From: Anaeromyxobacteraceae bacterium | GTDB taxonomy: Bacteria > Myxococcota > Myxococcia > Myxococcales > Anaeromyxobacteraceae | NCBI GenBank assembly: GCA_047602405.1 | Contig: JASGHJ010000001.1 | Coordinates: 576,001-640,000 of the forward strand | Length of the DNA stretch: 64,000 nt | Direction: 5' to 3' | Shown: positions 24,056-31,922 of the stretch, one piece after another | How positions within the stretch are numbered: position 1 is the stretch's first letter | Layout: each line of letters starts with the position of its first letter | Program-made: the position numbers and the translations under genes | The notes under the pieces: model-generated | Database searches by the model: none | The model's input: only the letters and a program-made list of their open reading frames with translations | Told to the model about the DNA's origin: nothing

Positions 24056-26252
24056 GAGCTGTCCCATAAGTCCCGCTTGAGCTTGTGAGGGACGGAGACA
24101 GCGGCACGGTGTCCGCGAGGTGGCGGCCGCGTCGGCGATGAGGGAAGCATGCGCCGGAAGCGAGCGAGGTCGCGCGCGGAGAGGGCCGCGAGGACGAGCA
24201 GTCGGCGGGTCGGCAGGAGATGCGTGGTTACTGGATCGTGAAATCTCGGGCGTTGCCCCGGTTCACGCGAGGGCCGGACCTGAACGCCCTGTCAGGGGGT
24301 TGGCGTAGCGTGAAGATGTGGAAGTCGAGGCCAAGCGGACCCGCGGTCCGAACCGCCAGGAGCCCTGGGCGCGCCGCCCGGAGGACGGCGTGTCGGTCCT
24401 GCGGCTCGCGCTCGACGTCCACGATCCCCTGCAGCGCAGGCGGCTCGAGAGGATGTTCGCCGACGCGTACCGGGTGCGGCGGGCGTTGCAGCGGGCGGCC
24501 CGCAACCGTGCGCGGGCCTACTGGGCGGCGAGGCACGAACGGGCCCGGGATGGCGCGGGCACGCGCGACCGGCTCGGCCTCAGCCGCGACGCGCTCGAAC
24601 ACGCCGCCTACGCCTGCCTCGACGCGGCGCCTTACCTCCGGCGTTTCGTCACGAAGGCGCTCGCGATGCACCTCGCCGATTCGGTCTGGTCGGCGGTGGA
24701 GCGGCACCTGTTTCCGGACGCGACCGGGAAACGCCAGGGGCTGCTCCACGTCGGGCGGTGGTTCGACTTCAGGAGGCTGCCCGGTCGCGCGCGCTCGCAT
24801 ACGAAGGATCGGAAGTGGGAGACCTTCCGGCTCCACGGCTCGCTCGTCGGTCGTCGTGAGGTCGCGTCGGCTCCGAGCGGGCGCGTCGACTGGTGGGCCT
24901 ACCAGGGTCCGCTGGTGCTCGTGTTCAGCGGGCTCGCCGACGGCACGCTGGTGCTTCCGGTTCGACTCCCCACGGCTCCCTGCAACCAACCCATCCTCGA
25001 CTACCACCTCGCCGACCCGAGCCTCTGGCACAAGGTCGATGTCGTCCGCACCCGAGCGCCACACGTACCTGGCGGCTGGCGCTACGAAGCCCACCTGATG
25101 GTGCTGAAGGAGCCCTACGTCTCCCCTGCGACGAGGGCGCGCCGCGCGGAGGTCGCCCTCGCCGAGCCCGGCCGCGTGGCTGGAGTGGATGTCAACGTGT
25201 CGAACCTGACCGTCGCCTCCCAGGTGGCGGGAGGCGATCTTCGGCTCACGCGGATCGAGCGCGACGCGGCCACGAAGGAGCGGGACCGTGGCCGGGGACG
25301 CCGCGAGCGTCGCAGGCAGCGAGCCCTGGAGCGCTCCCGCCGGGTCGCCAACAGCGAGCAGTACCGGCTGTCCAAGCGGCAGGAGAAGCGCGCCCGTCGG
25401 CGCGCCGCCGCGGGCCTCCCGCCCGTGGAGGTCATCCCCCAGGGGCCGAGGGTCGCGAGGTCCGATGGCGCTCCGCTCCAGGCCTACCGCGGCGACCGGC
25501 TCACCCGTCGTCACCGGAGGCTCCGGGCGGAAGAGGTCGCTGACGCCGCCGCTGCTGCACAGGCTCGGCGCGACGGTGCCCGGCGGGTGGCCGCGGAGGT
25601 CGTCCGCACGCACGGCTACAAGGTCTTCGTCGAGGAAGGCCCCATCTCCGCCTGGGCGCGACACTGGGGCCGCGGCGTCGCCGCTTTCACGCCGGGCCTG
25701 CTCGTCTCGGCCATCGACCGCGAGGCCCGGGCCGTCGCAGCCGTCGCCAAGGCCAGAGGAGGCGTGGTCCGGATCCCCACCCGCACGACCACGCTCTCCC
25801 AGCGCTGCCCCTGTGGCGCCCGCGTACCGAAGACCCTCGCCGTCCGGGTCCACCGCTGTCCGCGCTGCGGCCTCGAAGGTGACCGCGACGCCGTCTCCGC
25901 GGTGCTCGCGAGCTTCGTCGTGCTCGACCTCCCCGGCGAACCCGCTTCGGCGCGCGTCGACTACGCCGCCGCGCGCGAGTCCCGCCCCGACCTCCAGCGC
26001 CTCCTCACTCCCTACCTGCCGCTCGGGTGGCAAGACACCCGGTCCGAGTCAAACGACCTCTTCGTCCGCGAGGCCAGTTGCCCCGCGTGGCGGACGTCCA
26101 CACCGGCCTCTTCGCCGGTGGCTCGGCGAACCGCCGGAACGGCCACGGGCCCTACCCGGGATGAGCCTCTCTCACGAGAGTCCACGTCCGAGCGGGCCCG
26201 ATGGCGAACCGGACTGCCCCACTCGCCGCTTGGCGAATTATGGGACAGCTCT
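24055..26252 (+). mobile_element. Non-autonomous TIR-bounded element carrying only tnpB
   Basis: AGAGCTGTCCCATAA (24055-24069) and TTATGGGACAGCTCT (26238-26252) are perfect inverted repeats, each flanked by TA (24053-24054 and 26253-26254). No transposase ORF is recognisable inside. Confidence 0.85.
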
Positions 26253-26255
26253 TAG
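24318..26255 (+). CDS. tnpB: Large TnpB-like RNA-guided RuvC nuclease (645 aa)
   Basis: RuvC-I VAGVDVN (D at 25188), Arg-rich helix, RuvC-II VFVEE (E at 25632), zinc finger SQRCPCG...HRCPRCG, RuvC-III DRDAVSA (D at 25887). Confidence 0.85.
   Translation: MEVEAKRTRGPNRQEPWARRPEDGVSVLRLALDVHDPLQRRRLERMFADAYRVRRALQRAARNRARAYWAARHERARDGAGTRDRLGLSRDALEHAAYACLDAAPYLRRFVTKALAMHLADSVWSAVERHLFPDATGKRQGLLHVGRWFDFRRLPGRARSHTKDRKWETFRLHGSLVGRREVASAPSGRVDWWAYQGPLVLVFSGLADGTLVLPVRLPTAPCNQPILDYHLADPSLWHKVDVVRTRAPHVPGGWRYEAHLMVLKEPYVSPATRARRAEVALAEPGRVAGVDVNVSNLTVASQVAGGDLRLTRIERDAATKERDRGRGRRERRRQRALERSRRVANSEQYRLSKRQEKRARRRAAAGLPPVEVIPQGPRVARSDGAPLQAYRGDRLTRRHRRLRAEEVADAAAAAQARRDGARRVAAEVVRTHGYKVFVEEGPISAWARHWGRGVAAFTPGLLVSAIDREARAVAAVAKARGGVVRIPTRTTTLSQRCPCGARVPKTLAVRVHRCPRCGLEGDRDAVSAVLASFVVLDLPGEPASARVDYAAARESRPDLQRLLTPYLPLGWQDTRSESNDLFVREASCPAWRTSTPASSPVARRTAGTATGPTRDEPLSRESTSERARWRTGLPHSPLGELWDSS
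26040..26252 (+). ncRNA. Putative omega-RNA (reRNA) scaffold overlapping the tnpB 3' end
   Basis: Nested complementary segments: CGGACGT/ACGTCCG (26091-26097/26184-26190), TTCGCCG/CGGCGAA (26111-26130), CTCTC/GAGAG (26167-26180) and TCGCC/GGCGA (26223-26236). This is the expected position for a TnpB guide scaffold. Confidence 0.55.
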
Positions 26256-26521
26256 TGCCTCCCGGCCCCGTACGCCCCGAGCGTAGCCGCCGCGGAGCGG
26301 CGGCGGAGACGAGGGGCGGGCTTGAACGCCGCCCGCTTCTTCTCGTTCCCCGAGAGCGCGGCCACCTCGATCGAGCCCCGCTCCCCCACGCCCTCGCCGC
26401 GGAGCTCCTCGCTGAAGAGCTGGACGGCCTCGCCGGCGTCCCACGCCGCGAGGTGGGCGGTGGTGGTGCGCACCGGGGAGCTGAAGGTGCAGCGGAACAG
26501 GGTCTCGCGCTCGACGGTCAT
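26252..26521 (-). CDS. Small hypothetical protein
   Basis: 89 aa with coding-like codons; the third base of its TAA stop is the terminal base of the right TIR. Confidence 0.6.
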   Translation of the reverse strand: MTVERETLFRCTFSSPVRTTTAHLAAWDAGEAVQLFSEELRGEGVGERGSIEVAALSGNEKKRAAFKPAPRLRRRSAAATLGAYGAGRH

Positions 26522-26626
26522 GGCGCGCTCACTGTACCGGCGCGCCTCGCAACGCGACCGTGACGAGATCGGGGCGAAGGTGACGAGATCGTGACGCCCG
26601 GGATCCCCGGGCGGGACGGCGCTGCG

Positions 26627-27037
26627 TCAGGCCGCGCCCTCGGCAGGGCGCGCGGAGCGGCGCGAGGCGGTGAGCGCGTCGACCGCCTCCACGAGCGCGC
26701 GCTCGTCGACCGGCTTCGTGAGGAACGCGTCGGCGCCCGCGGCGAGGAGGCCGTCGCGCGACTGCTCGCGGCCGGAGATGCCGATGATCGGCACGCGGGC
26801 GAGGCGCGCATCGGCCGAGGCGCGCAGCGCGCGGATCACCTCGGAGCCGCTCATGCCCTCCATGATCTCGTCGATCACGCAGAGGTCCGGCGGGTCGCGG
26901 TGCGCCTCGGCGAGGGCGAGCGGGCCGGACTCGACGCCCACGGGCACGTGGCCCGCACCCTCGAGGATCATGTCGAGCAGGCGGAGGATGAGGTGGTGGT
27001 CGTCGACGACCAGGATGCGGAGCGACTCGGCGGCCAT
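26627..27037 (-). CDS. Single-domain response regulator (CheY-like)
   Basis: ILVVDD, phosphoacceptor in CVIDEIM, IIGISG and FLTKPVD. Confidence 0.9.
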   Translation of the reverse strand: MAAESLRILVVDDHHLILRLLDMILEGAGHVPVGVESGPLALAEAHRDPPDLCVIDEIMEGMSGSEVIRALRASADARLARVPIIGISGREQSRDGLLAAGADAFLTKPVDERALVEAVDALTASRRSARPAEGAA

Positions 27038-27160
27038 GCGCGCCGCACGGTAGCCCACCCTCCTTCCCCACGCGCGGCCACACCCCGAAGGGTCGAGGTG
27101 AGAACGAGGCGCGCAGCGCCCGAGGCGGGCGCCGCATCACGACGGATCTTGCGGGGCCGC

Positions 27161-27349
27161 TCAGCGCGTGTGGCCGGACGGATCGGAGGACGCCTGCGCC
27201 CACATCTGCCCGTCGTCGCGCGAGCGCTCCATGATGGCGACGCCGATCGCGCACGCGAGGAACACCGCGAGCGCGAGCATCCACGGGCGGAACTCGAGCA
27301 TGCGCTCGAGCCAGGACGTGGGGGCCGGGGCGGGCTTCCGGGCGGGCAT
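27161..27349 (-). CDS. Small membrane protein
   Basis: 62 aa with one TM helix (WMLALAVFLACAIGVAIM); GGAG upstream. Confidence 0.45.
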   Translation of the reverse strand: MPARKPAPAPTSWLERMLEFRPWMLALAVFLACAIGVAIMERSRDDGQMWAQASSDPSGHTR

Positions 27350-27508
27350 GGGACGCTGCTCCACGGTGGGATCAGTAGACCGGGGAAGGGGGGTGGCGCA
27401 ACCCCTTGACCGCCGTGGCCCCCGCATCGTTCCGGCCCTCCTCCGGAGGGGTGCCGGACACCCTGTTCATGCAAGGATATCAGCGGGTTTCAGCTACACT
27501 CCCGGCCC

Positions 27509-28912
27509 ATGCTCGCCGCCCTCGCCGCCGCCCTCGCCGTGTCGGCCTCCCCCGCCCCGCTCCGCGCCGTCCCGAACGTCATGCGGGTCGACCTCGTCCA
27601 CACCGGCGACGCCACCGGCGAGCGCTTCGGGCTCGATCGCGTGGTGCTCGAGCCGCTCTCGTGGTCCGGCCGGATGGACCGGCTGATCGACGACACCGGG
27701 CTCGGGAAGTACCAGGTCGAGGTCCGCGACCTCGCGACCGGGCGGGCGCTCTACTCGCGCGGCTACTCCAGCGTCTACGCGGAGTGGGAGACGACCGACG
27801 AGGCGCGGCGGCTCCAGCGCGCGTTCCAGGAGTCGGTGCGGTTCCCCGCGCCGGACGCGCCGGTGCAGGTCGTGATCCGCAAGCGCGATCCGCACGGCCT
27901 CTGGCGCGAGGTCTGGAGCGTGCCGGTCGATCCGAAGGACCGCGCGATCGTCACCGCGCGCCCGGCGTCGCCCGGGCCGGTGATCGAGCTCCTGAAGAAC
28001 GGCGAGCCCGGGCAGAAGCTCGACCTCGTCCTCCTCGGCGACGGCTACACCGCGGCCGAGCGCGGCAAGTTCGAGAAGGACGCCCGCCGCCTCCTCGCGG
28101 CGCTCTTCGACAAGGAGCCGTTCCGCGCCCGCAAGGCCGACTTCAACGTGTGGGGCATCGTGCCGCCCGCCGAGCAGTCCGGCGTCTCGCGCCCGCTCAC
28201 CGGCGTCTCCCGCGCGAGCCGCATCGGCGCGAGCTACGACGCGTTCGGCTCGGAGCGGTACGTGCTGTCGTTCGAGGAGCGGTCGCTGCGCGAGGTCGCC
28301 TCCTTCGCGCCGTACGACTTCATCGCCATCCTCGTGAACGGCAACACCTACGGCGGCGGGGGCATCTACGGGCTCTACACCACGGTCGCCGCGGACTCGC
28401 TCTGGGCGTCCTACATCTTCGTCCACGAGCTCGGCCACTCGCTCGGCGGCCTCGGCGACGAGTACTTCACCTCCGACGTCTCGTTCCTGCCCGCCGGCGA
28501 GGCGAAGCCCGAGCCGTGGGAGCCGAACACGACCGCCGACCCGAAGGCGTCGAAGTGGGCCGACCTCCTCACGCCCGGCGTGCCGCTCCCGTCGCCCTGG
28601 CCGAAGGACGCCTTCACCGCGCGCGCGAAGGAGCTGCAGAACCAGCGCAAGAAGCTCCGCGAGACGAACCGGCCCGAGGCCGAGATGGACGCGCTCTTCT
28701 CGCTGCAGAAGAAGGAGGAGACGGCGCTCCTCGGCGCCGCCCCGCTCGCCGGGAAGGTCGGCGCGTTCGAGGGCGCGAACTACGAGGCCTCGGGCTACTA
28801 CCGGCCCTCGGTCGACTGCGTGATGTTCTCGCGCGACGAGGTCCCGTTCTGCCCCGTCTGCCAGCGCTCGCTCGGACGGGTGATCGACCAGTACGCCGGC
28901 CCGCGCCGGTAG
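27509..28912 (+). CDS. Peptidase M64 (IgA-peptidase-like) family metalloprotease
   Basis: Signal peptide; LLGDGYT, YGGGGIY, HELGHSLGGLGDEY, FEGANY...YRP..DCVM...FCPVC. Confidence 0.92.
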   Translation: MLAALAAALAVSASPAPLRAVPNVMRVDLVHTGDATGERFGLDRVVLEPLSWSGRMDRLIDDTGLGKYQVEVRDLATGRALYSRGYSSVYAEWETTDEARRLQRAFQESVRFPAPDAPVQVVIRKRDPHGLWREVWSVPVDPKDRAIVTARPASPGPVIELLKNGEPGQKLDLVLLGDGYTAAERGKFEKDARRLLAALFDKEPFRARKADFNVWGIVPPAEQSGVSRPLTGVSRASRIGASYDAFGSERYVLSFEERSLREVASFAPYDFIAILVNGNTYGGGGIYGLYTTVAADSLWASYIFVHELGHSLGGLGDEYFTSDVSFLPAGEAKPEPWEPNTTADPKASKWADLLTPGVPLPSPWPKDAFTARAKELQNQRKKLRETNRPEAEMDALFSLQKKEETALLGAAPLAGKVGAFEGANYEASGYYRPSVDCVMFSRDEVPFCPVCQRSLGRVIDQYAGPRR

Positions 28913-28933
28913 TGCCGCCGGCCCCGCGTGAAC

Positions 28934-28981
28934 TCCCCCTCTCCCCCCGCGGAGCGAGGGGAGAGGGCCGGGGTGAGGGGG
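28934..28981. repeat. BoxC-like palindromic intergenic repeat
   Basis: CCCTCTCCCC-N11-GGGGAGAGGG followed by CCGGGGTGAGGGG, the layout of a widespread short repeat family. Confidence 0.7.
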
Positions 28982-29112
28982 CACGACCCACTACAATTTA
29001 GCTCCGTAACTTCGGGTCCTTGCCGACCCGCACTGGGGGTACCCTTGCCTTGCGCGTTGCGTTATGATTCCTGAGTCAACGCGCCGCACCCCGCTCCCCC
29101 TCGGAGGGCCCC

Positions 29113-30855
29113 ATGACCGACAAGAAGACCGCCAGCTTCATGCAGTCGCTCTGCGCCGGCGAGATCGAGGAGGAGATCCTCCTCCCCTACCCCGAGCCGC
29201 GCGCCGAGGAGAAGGAGACCCTCCAGGCCGTGTTCGGGACCCTGAAGTCCCTGCTCGGCAACCGCGACAAGGACTTCCGCGCGTGGGACCGCGCCGGCGA
29301 GTTCACGCCGGCGTTCGTGGACGAGCTCAAGGAGGCGGGGCTCTTCGGCCTCGTCATCCCGGAGCAGCACGGCGGCCTCGGGCTCGGCGCGATGGCCTAC
29401 TCGCGGGTGATCCAGGAGCTCGGCAAGTACGACGGCTCGACGGCGGTGACCGTCGGCGCGCACAGCTCGATCGGCATGCGCGGCCTGCTCCTCTTCGGCA
29501 ACGAGGAGCAGCGCGCGCGTTACATGCCGAAGCTCGCGACCGGCGAGATGATCGCCGCGTTCTGCCTGACCGAGCCGGGCGCCGGCTCCGACGCCGCGGG
29601 CATCAAGACGAACGCGGTCAAGGACGGCGACGACTGGATCCTGAACGGCGAGAAGATCTGGATCACGAACGGCGGCATCGCCGACTTCTTCACCGTCTTC
29701 GCGAAGACCTCCTCCGAGGGGCGCGGGCACATCACCGCGTTCATCGTGACGCGCGACATGAAGGGCGTCACGACCGGCCCGCACGAGGACAAGATGGGCA
29801 TCCGCGCGTCCTCGACCACGACGGTGGTCCTCGAGGACGTGCGCGTCCCCGCCGCGAACGTGCTCGGCGAGGTCGGCAAGGGCTTCAAGGTCGCGATGAA
29901 GATCCTCAACTCCGGCCGCACCGGCCTCGGCGGCGGCTCGGTGGGCGGGATGAAGCGCCTCATCGGCTTCTCGGTGGAGCAGGCGAAGGGCCGCGTGCAG
30001 TTCGGCCAGCCCATCTCCACCTTCGCGACCATCCAGGACAAGATCGGCCAGATGGTCATCGACGCCTACGCCTCCGAGAGCGTCGTGAACCTCGTGGCGG
30101 GCCTCGTCGACCGCGGCTTCGAGGAGTACGCGGTCGAGGCCGCCATCTCGAAGGTGCTGTCGACCGAGATGCTCTGGAAGACGTCCGACGAGGCGCTGCA
30201 AATCGCCGCCGGCCAGGGCTTCATGCGCGAGATGCCCTACGAGATGGCGATGCGCGACTGCCGCATCAACCGGATCTTCGAGGGCACGAACGAGATCCTG
30301 CGCCTGTTCATCGCGCTGACCGCGATGAACGACGTCGCCGAGGACCTCAAGGAGATCGCCGCCTCCACCCGCGGCATCTTCGACGACCCGATCAAGGGCT
30401 TCGGGGTCCTCTCCGACTACGCGCGCAAGCGCGCCTCGCTCGTCACGGGCCTCCGCCGCGAGAAGGGCAAGTGGACGATGCTCCACGCCTCGCTCGCCGA
30501 GGAGGCCGCGCTCCACGAGGAGGGCACGACCGAGCTCGCGAAGGCCGCCGACCGGATCCTCCGCAGGTTCGGGAAGAAGATCATCGGCCAGCAGCTCGTC
30601 ACCCGCCGGCTCGCCGACATCATGATCGACCTCTTCGCCATGTCCGCGGTGCTCTCCCGCGTCTCGACGAAGATCGACGACCACGGCGAGGCCGCCGCGT
30701 CGGTGGAGCGCGAGATCGCGAAGGCCTTCGTGCGCCAGGCGAAGCGCCGCGTGGACCGCAACTTCGCCGCCATCGACGACAACGAGGACGAGGCCGTGAA
30801 GTCCCTCGCGAAGCACGTCCTCGAGGTCGGTCGCTACGAGTGGGACAACGTCTGA
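29113..30855 (+). CDS. Acyl-CoA dehydrogenase (ACAD9/VLCAD-like, with C-terminal extension)
   Basis: AFCLTEPGAGSDA, LNGEKIWITNGG, KMGIRASST and RIFEGTNEILR motifs. Confidence 0.95.
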   Translation: MTDKKTASFMQSLCAGEIEEEILLPYPEPRAEEKETLQAVFGTLKSLLGNRDKDFRAWDRAGEFTPAFVDELKEAGLFGLVIPEQHGGLGLGAMAYSRVIQELGKYDGSTAVTVGAHSSIGMRGLLLFGNEEQRARYMPKLATGEMIAAFCLTEPGAGSDAAGIKTNAVKDGDDWILNGEKIWITNGGIADFFTVFAKTSSEGRGHITAFIVTRDMKGVTTGPHEDKMGIRASSTTTVVLEDVRVPAANVLGEVGKGFKVAMKILNSGRTGLGGGSVGGMKRLIGFSVEQAKGRVQFGQPISTFATIQDKIGQMVIDAYASESVVNLVAGLVDRGFEEYAVEAAISKVLSTEMLWKTSDEALQIAAGQGFMREMPYEMAMRDCRINRIFEGTNEILRLFIALTAMNDVAEDLKEIAASTRGIFDDPIKGFGVLSDYARKRASLVTGLRREKGKWTMLHASLAEEAALHEEGTTELAKAADRILRRFGKKIIGQQLVTRRLADIMIDLFAMSAVLSRVSTKIDDHGEAAASVEREIAKAFVRQAKRRVDRNFAAIDDNEDEAVKSLAKHVLEVGRYEWDNV

Positions 30856-30916
30856 CGGTCCGCCCCTCGTCTCCGGGCCGCTGCGCGGCCCTACGCTCGG
30901 GGTGAACGGTTCCAGT

Positions 30917-30954
30917 GAAAGACGCCCGGCCCCGCGAGGGGCCGGGCGTTTCTC
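30917..30954. terminator. Probable bidirectional intrinsic terminator
   Basis: Perfect 12-bp stem ACGCCCGGCCCC-GCGA-GGGGCCGGGCGT with short A/T flanks, between convergent genes. Confidence 0.75.
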
Positions 30955-30969
30955 ATGTGATCCCCCCGG

Positions 30970-31665
30970 TCAGGCCTCCAGGAACGCCCCCACGAGCCGG
31001 CTGAAGCCCTCGTCGCCGAGCTGGGCGGGGACCTCGGTGGCCTTCGGGAGCTCGCCGCCGTCCGCCGCTGCGAGGCCGAGCTCGCCCTCGACGAACCGCG
31101 CGAGGCGGGCCTTCTCGGCCGTGAGCCAGGCCTTCGTGTCGGCGCCCTTCGGGAACCTGAGGTAGCTCGGCTCGCCCGGCGCCACGTTGAAGAGCCACTC
31201 GCCGCCGCGCTCCGACTTCACGCGGCCCGGATCGCGCTCGACGCCGCGGTTGACGGCCTTCACGGTGCCGTCGACCGGCGCGGGCACGCGGACGGAGAGC
31301 CGGCCGGCGTGCAGCACCGCGACGGGCTCGCCGCGGCGCACGCGTGCGCCGACGCGGGGCAGGTCGACCGCCGTCACCGACGGCAGGAGCTGCTGCCCGA
31401 AGTCGTCGAGGCCGACCGCGAGGCCGTCGCCCTGCGGCGCGAGCCAGGTGTGCGTCGGCGCGTGGAAGGCGTCCTCGCGGTACTGGAGGTCGCCCGCGGT
31501 GGCGCGCTTCGTCGCGGTCGCGCGGCCCAGCGCGAGCCGGGCGTACGCGTACGCGATGGCGGGGATCGCGAGGACGAGCGCCCCGGCGACGAAGAGGATG
31601 AACCGGCCGGTGAGGCCGGCGAGCACGATGCCGAGGAAGGAGAGGATGGAGATCGAAGTCGTCAT
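30970..31665 (-). CDS. Membrane-anchored glycine cleavage H-protein-like protein
   Basis: HTWL, VGLDDF, VDLPRVG and APVDGTVKAVN GcvH-fold motifs after N-terminal TM segments. Confidence 0.8.
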   Translation of the reverse strand: MTTSISILSFLGIVLAGLTGRFILFVAGALVLAIPAIAYAYARLALGRATATKRATAGDLQYREDAFHAPTHTWLAPQGDGLAVGLDDFGQQLLPSVTAVDLPRVGARVRRGEPVAVLHAGRLSVRVPAPVDGTVKAVNRGVERDPGRVKSERGGEWLFNVAPGEPSYLRFPKGADTKAWLTAEKARLARFVEGELGLAAADGGELPKATEVPAQLGDEGFSRLVGAFLEA

Positions 31666-31703
31666 GGTGGCGTTCCCTCGCGGTGGTCCACACGTCCTTC
31701 ATG

Positions 31704-31718
31704 GCAAGCCACGGGCCA
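31704..31718 (-). promoter_or_regulatory. Putative sigma-54 -24/-12 promoter
   Basis: The minus strand reads TGGC-CCGTGGC-TTGC, about 40 nt upstream of the ATG at 31665. Confidence 0.6.
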
Positions 31719-31922
31719 GCCCTCGGCCGCCCGAAAGGCCCTGATCACGCGGGCCTGCGGGGCCGCGGCGCGCTGTCGCGTGGAAGAACTCAGCGATCGG
31801 GCGGGGGTCCGGGAGACGAACCCTCGTGATCACGGGCACCTGGGCCGTTTCGTTTCATCGCTCTACGGCTGCTGAGAAACGATACGCCCAGGGATCGCGG
31901 GGTTAGCGGACCCCCGGTCCGC

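Noticed and set aside
24228..26033. 601-aa antisense ORF (and 24220-25098) as the element's transposase
   Set aside because: No DDE, HUH or serine-recombinase motifs are recognisable; these look like shadow frames.
24318..26255. RuvC protein as a Cas12 effector
   Set aside because: No repeat-spacer array or cas1/cas2 is near it. The TIRs and right-end structure fit a transposon-encoded TnpB better.
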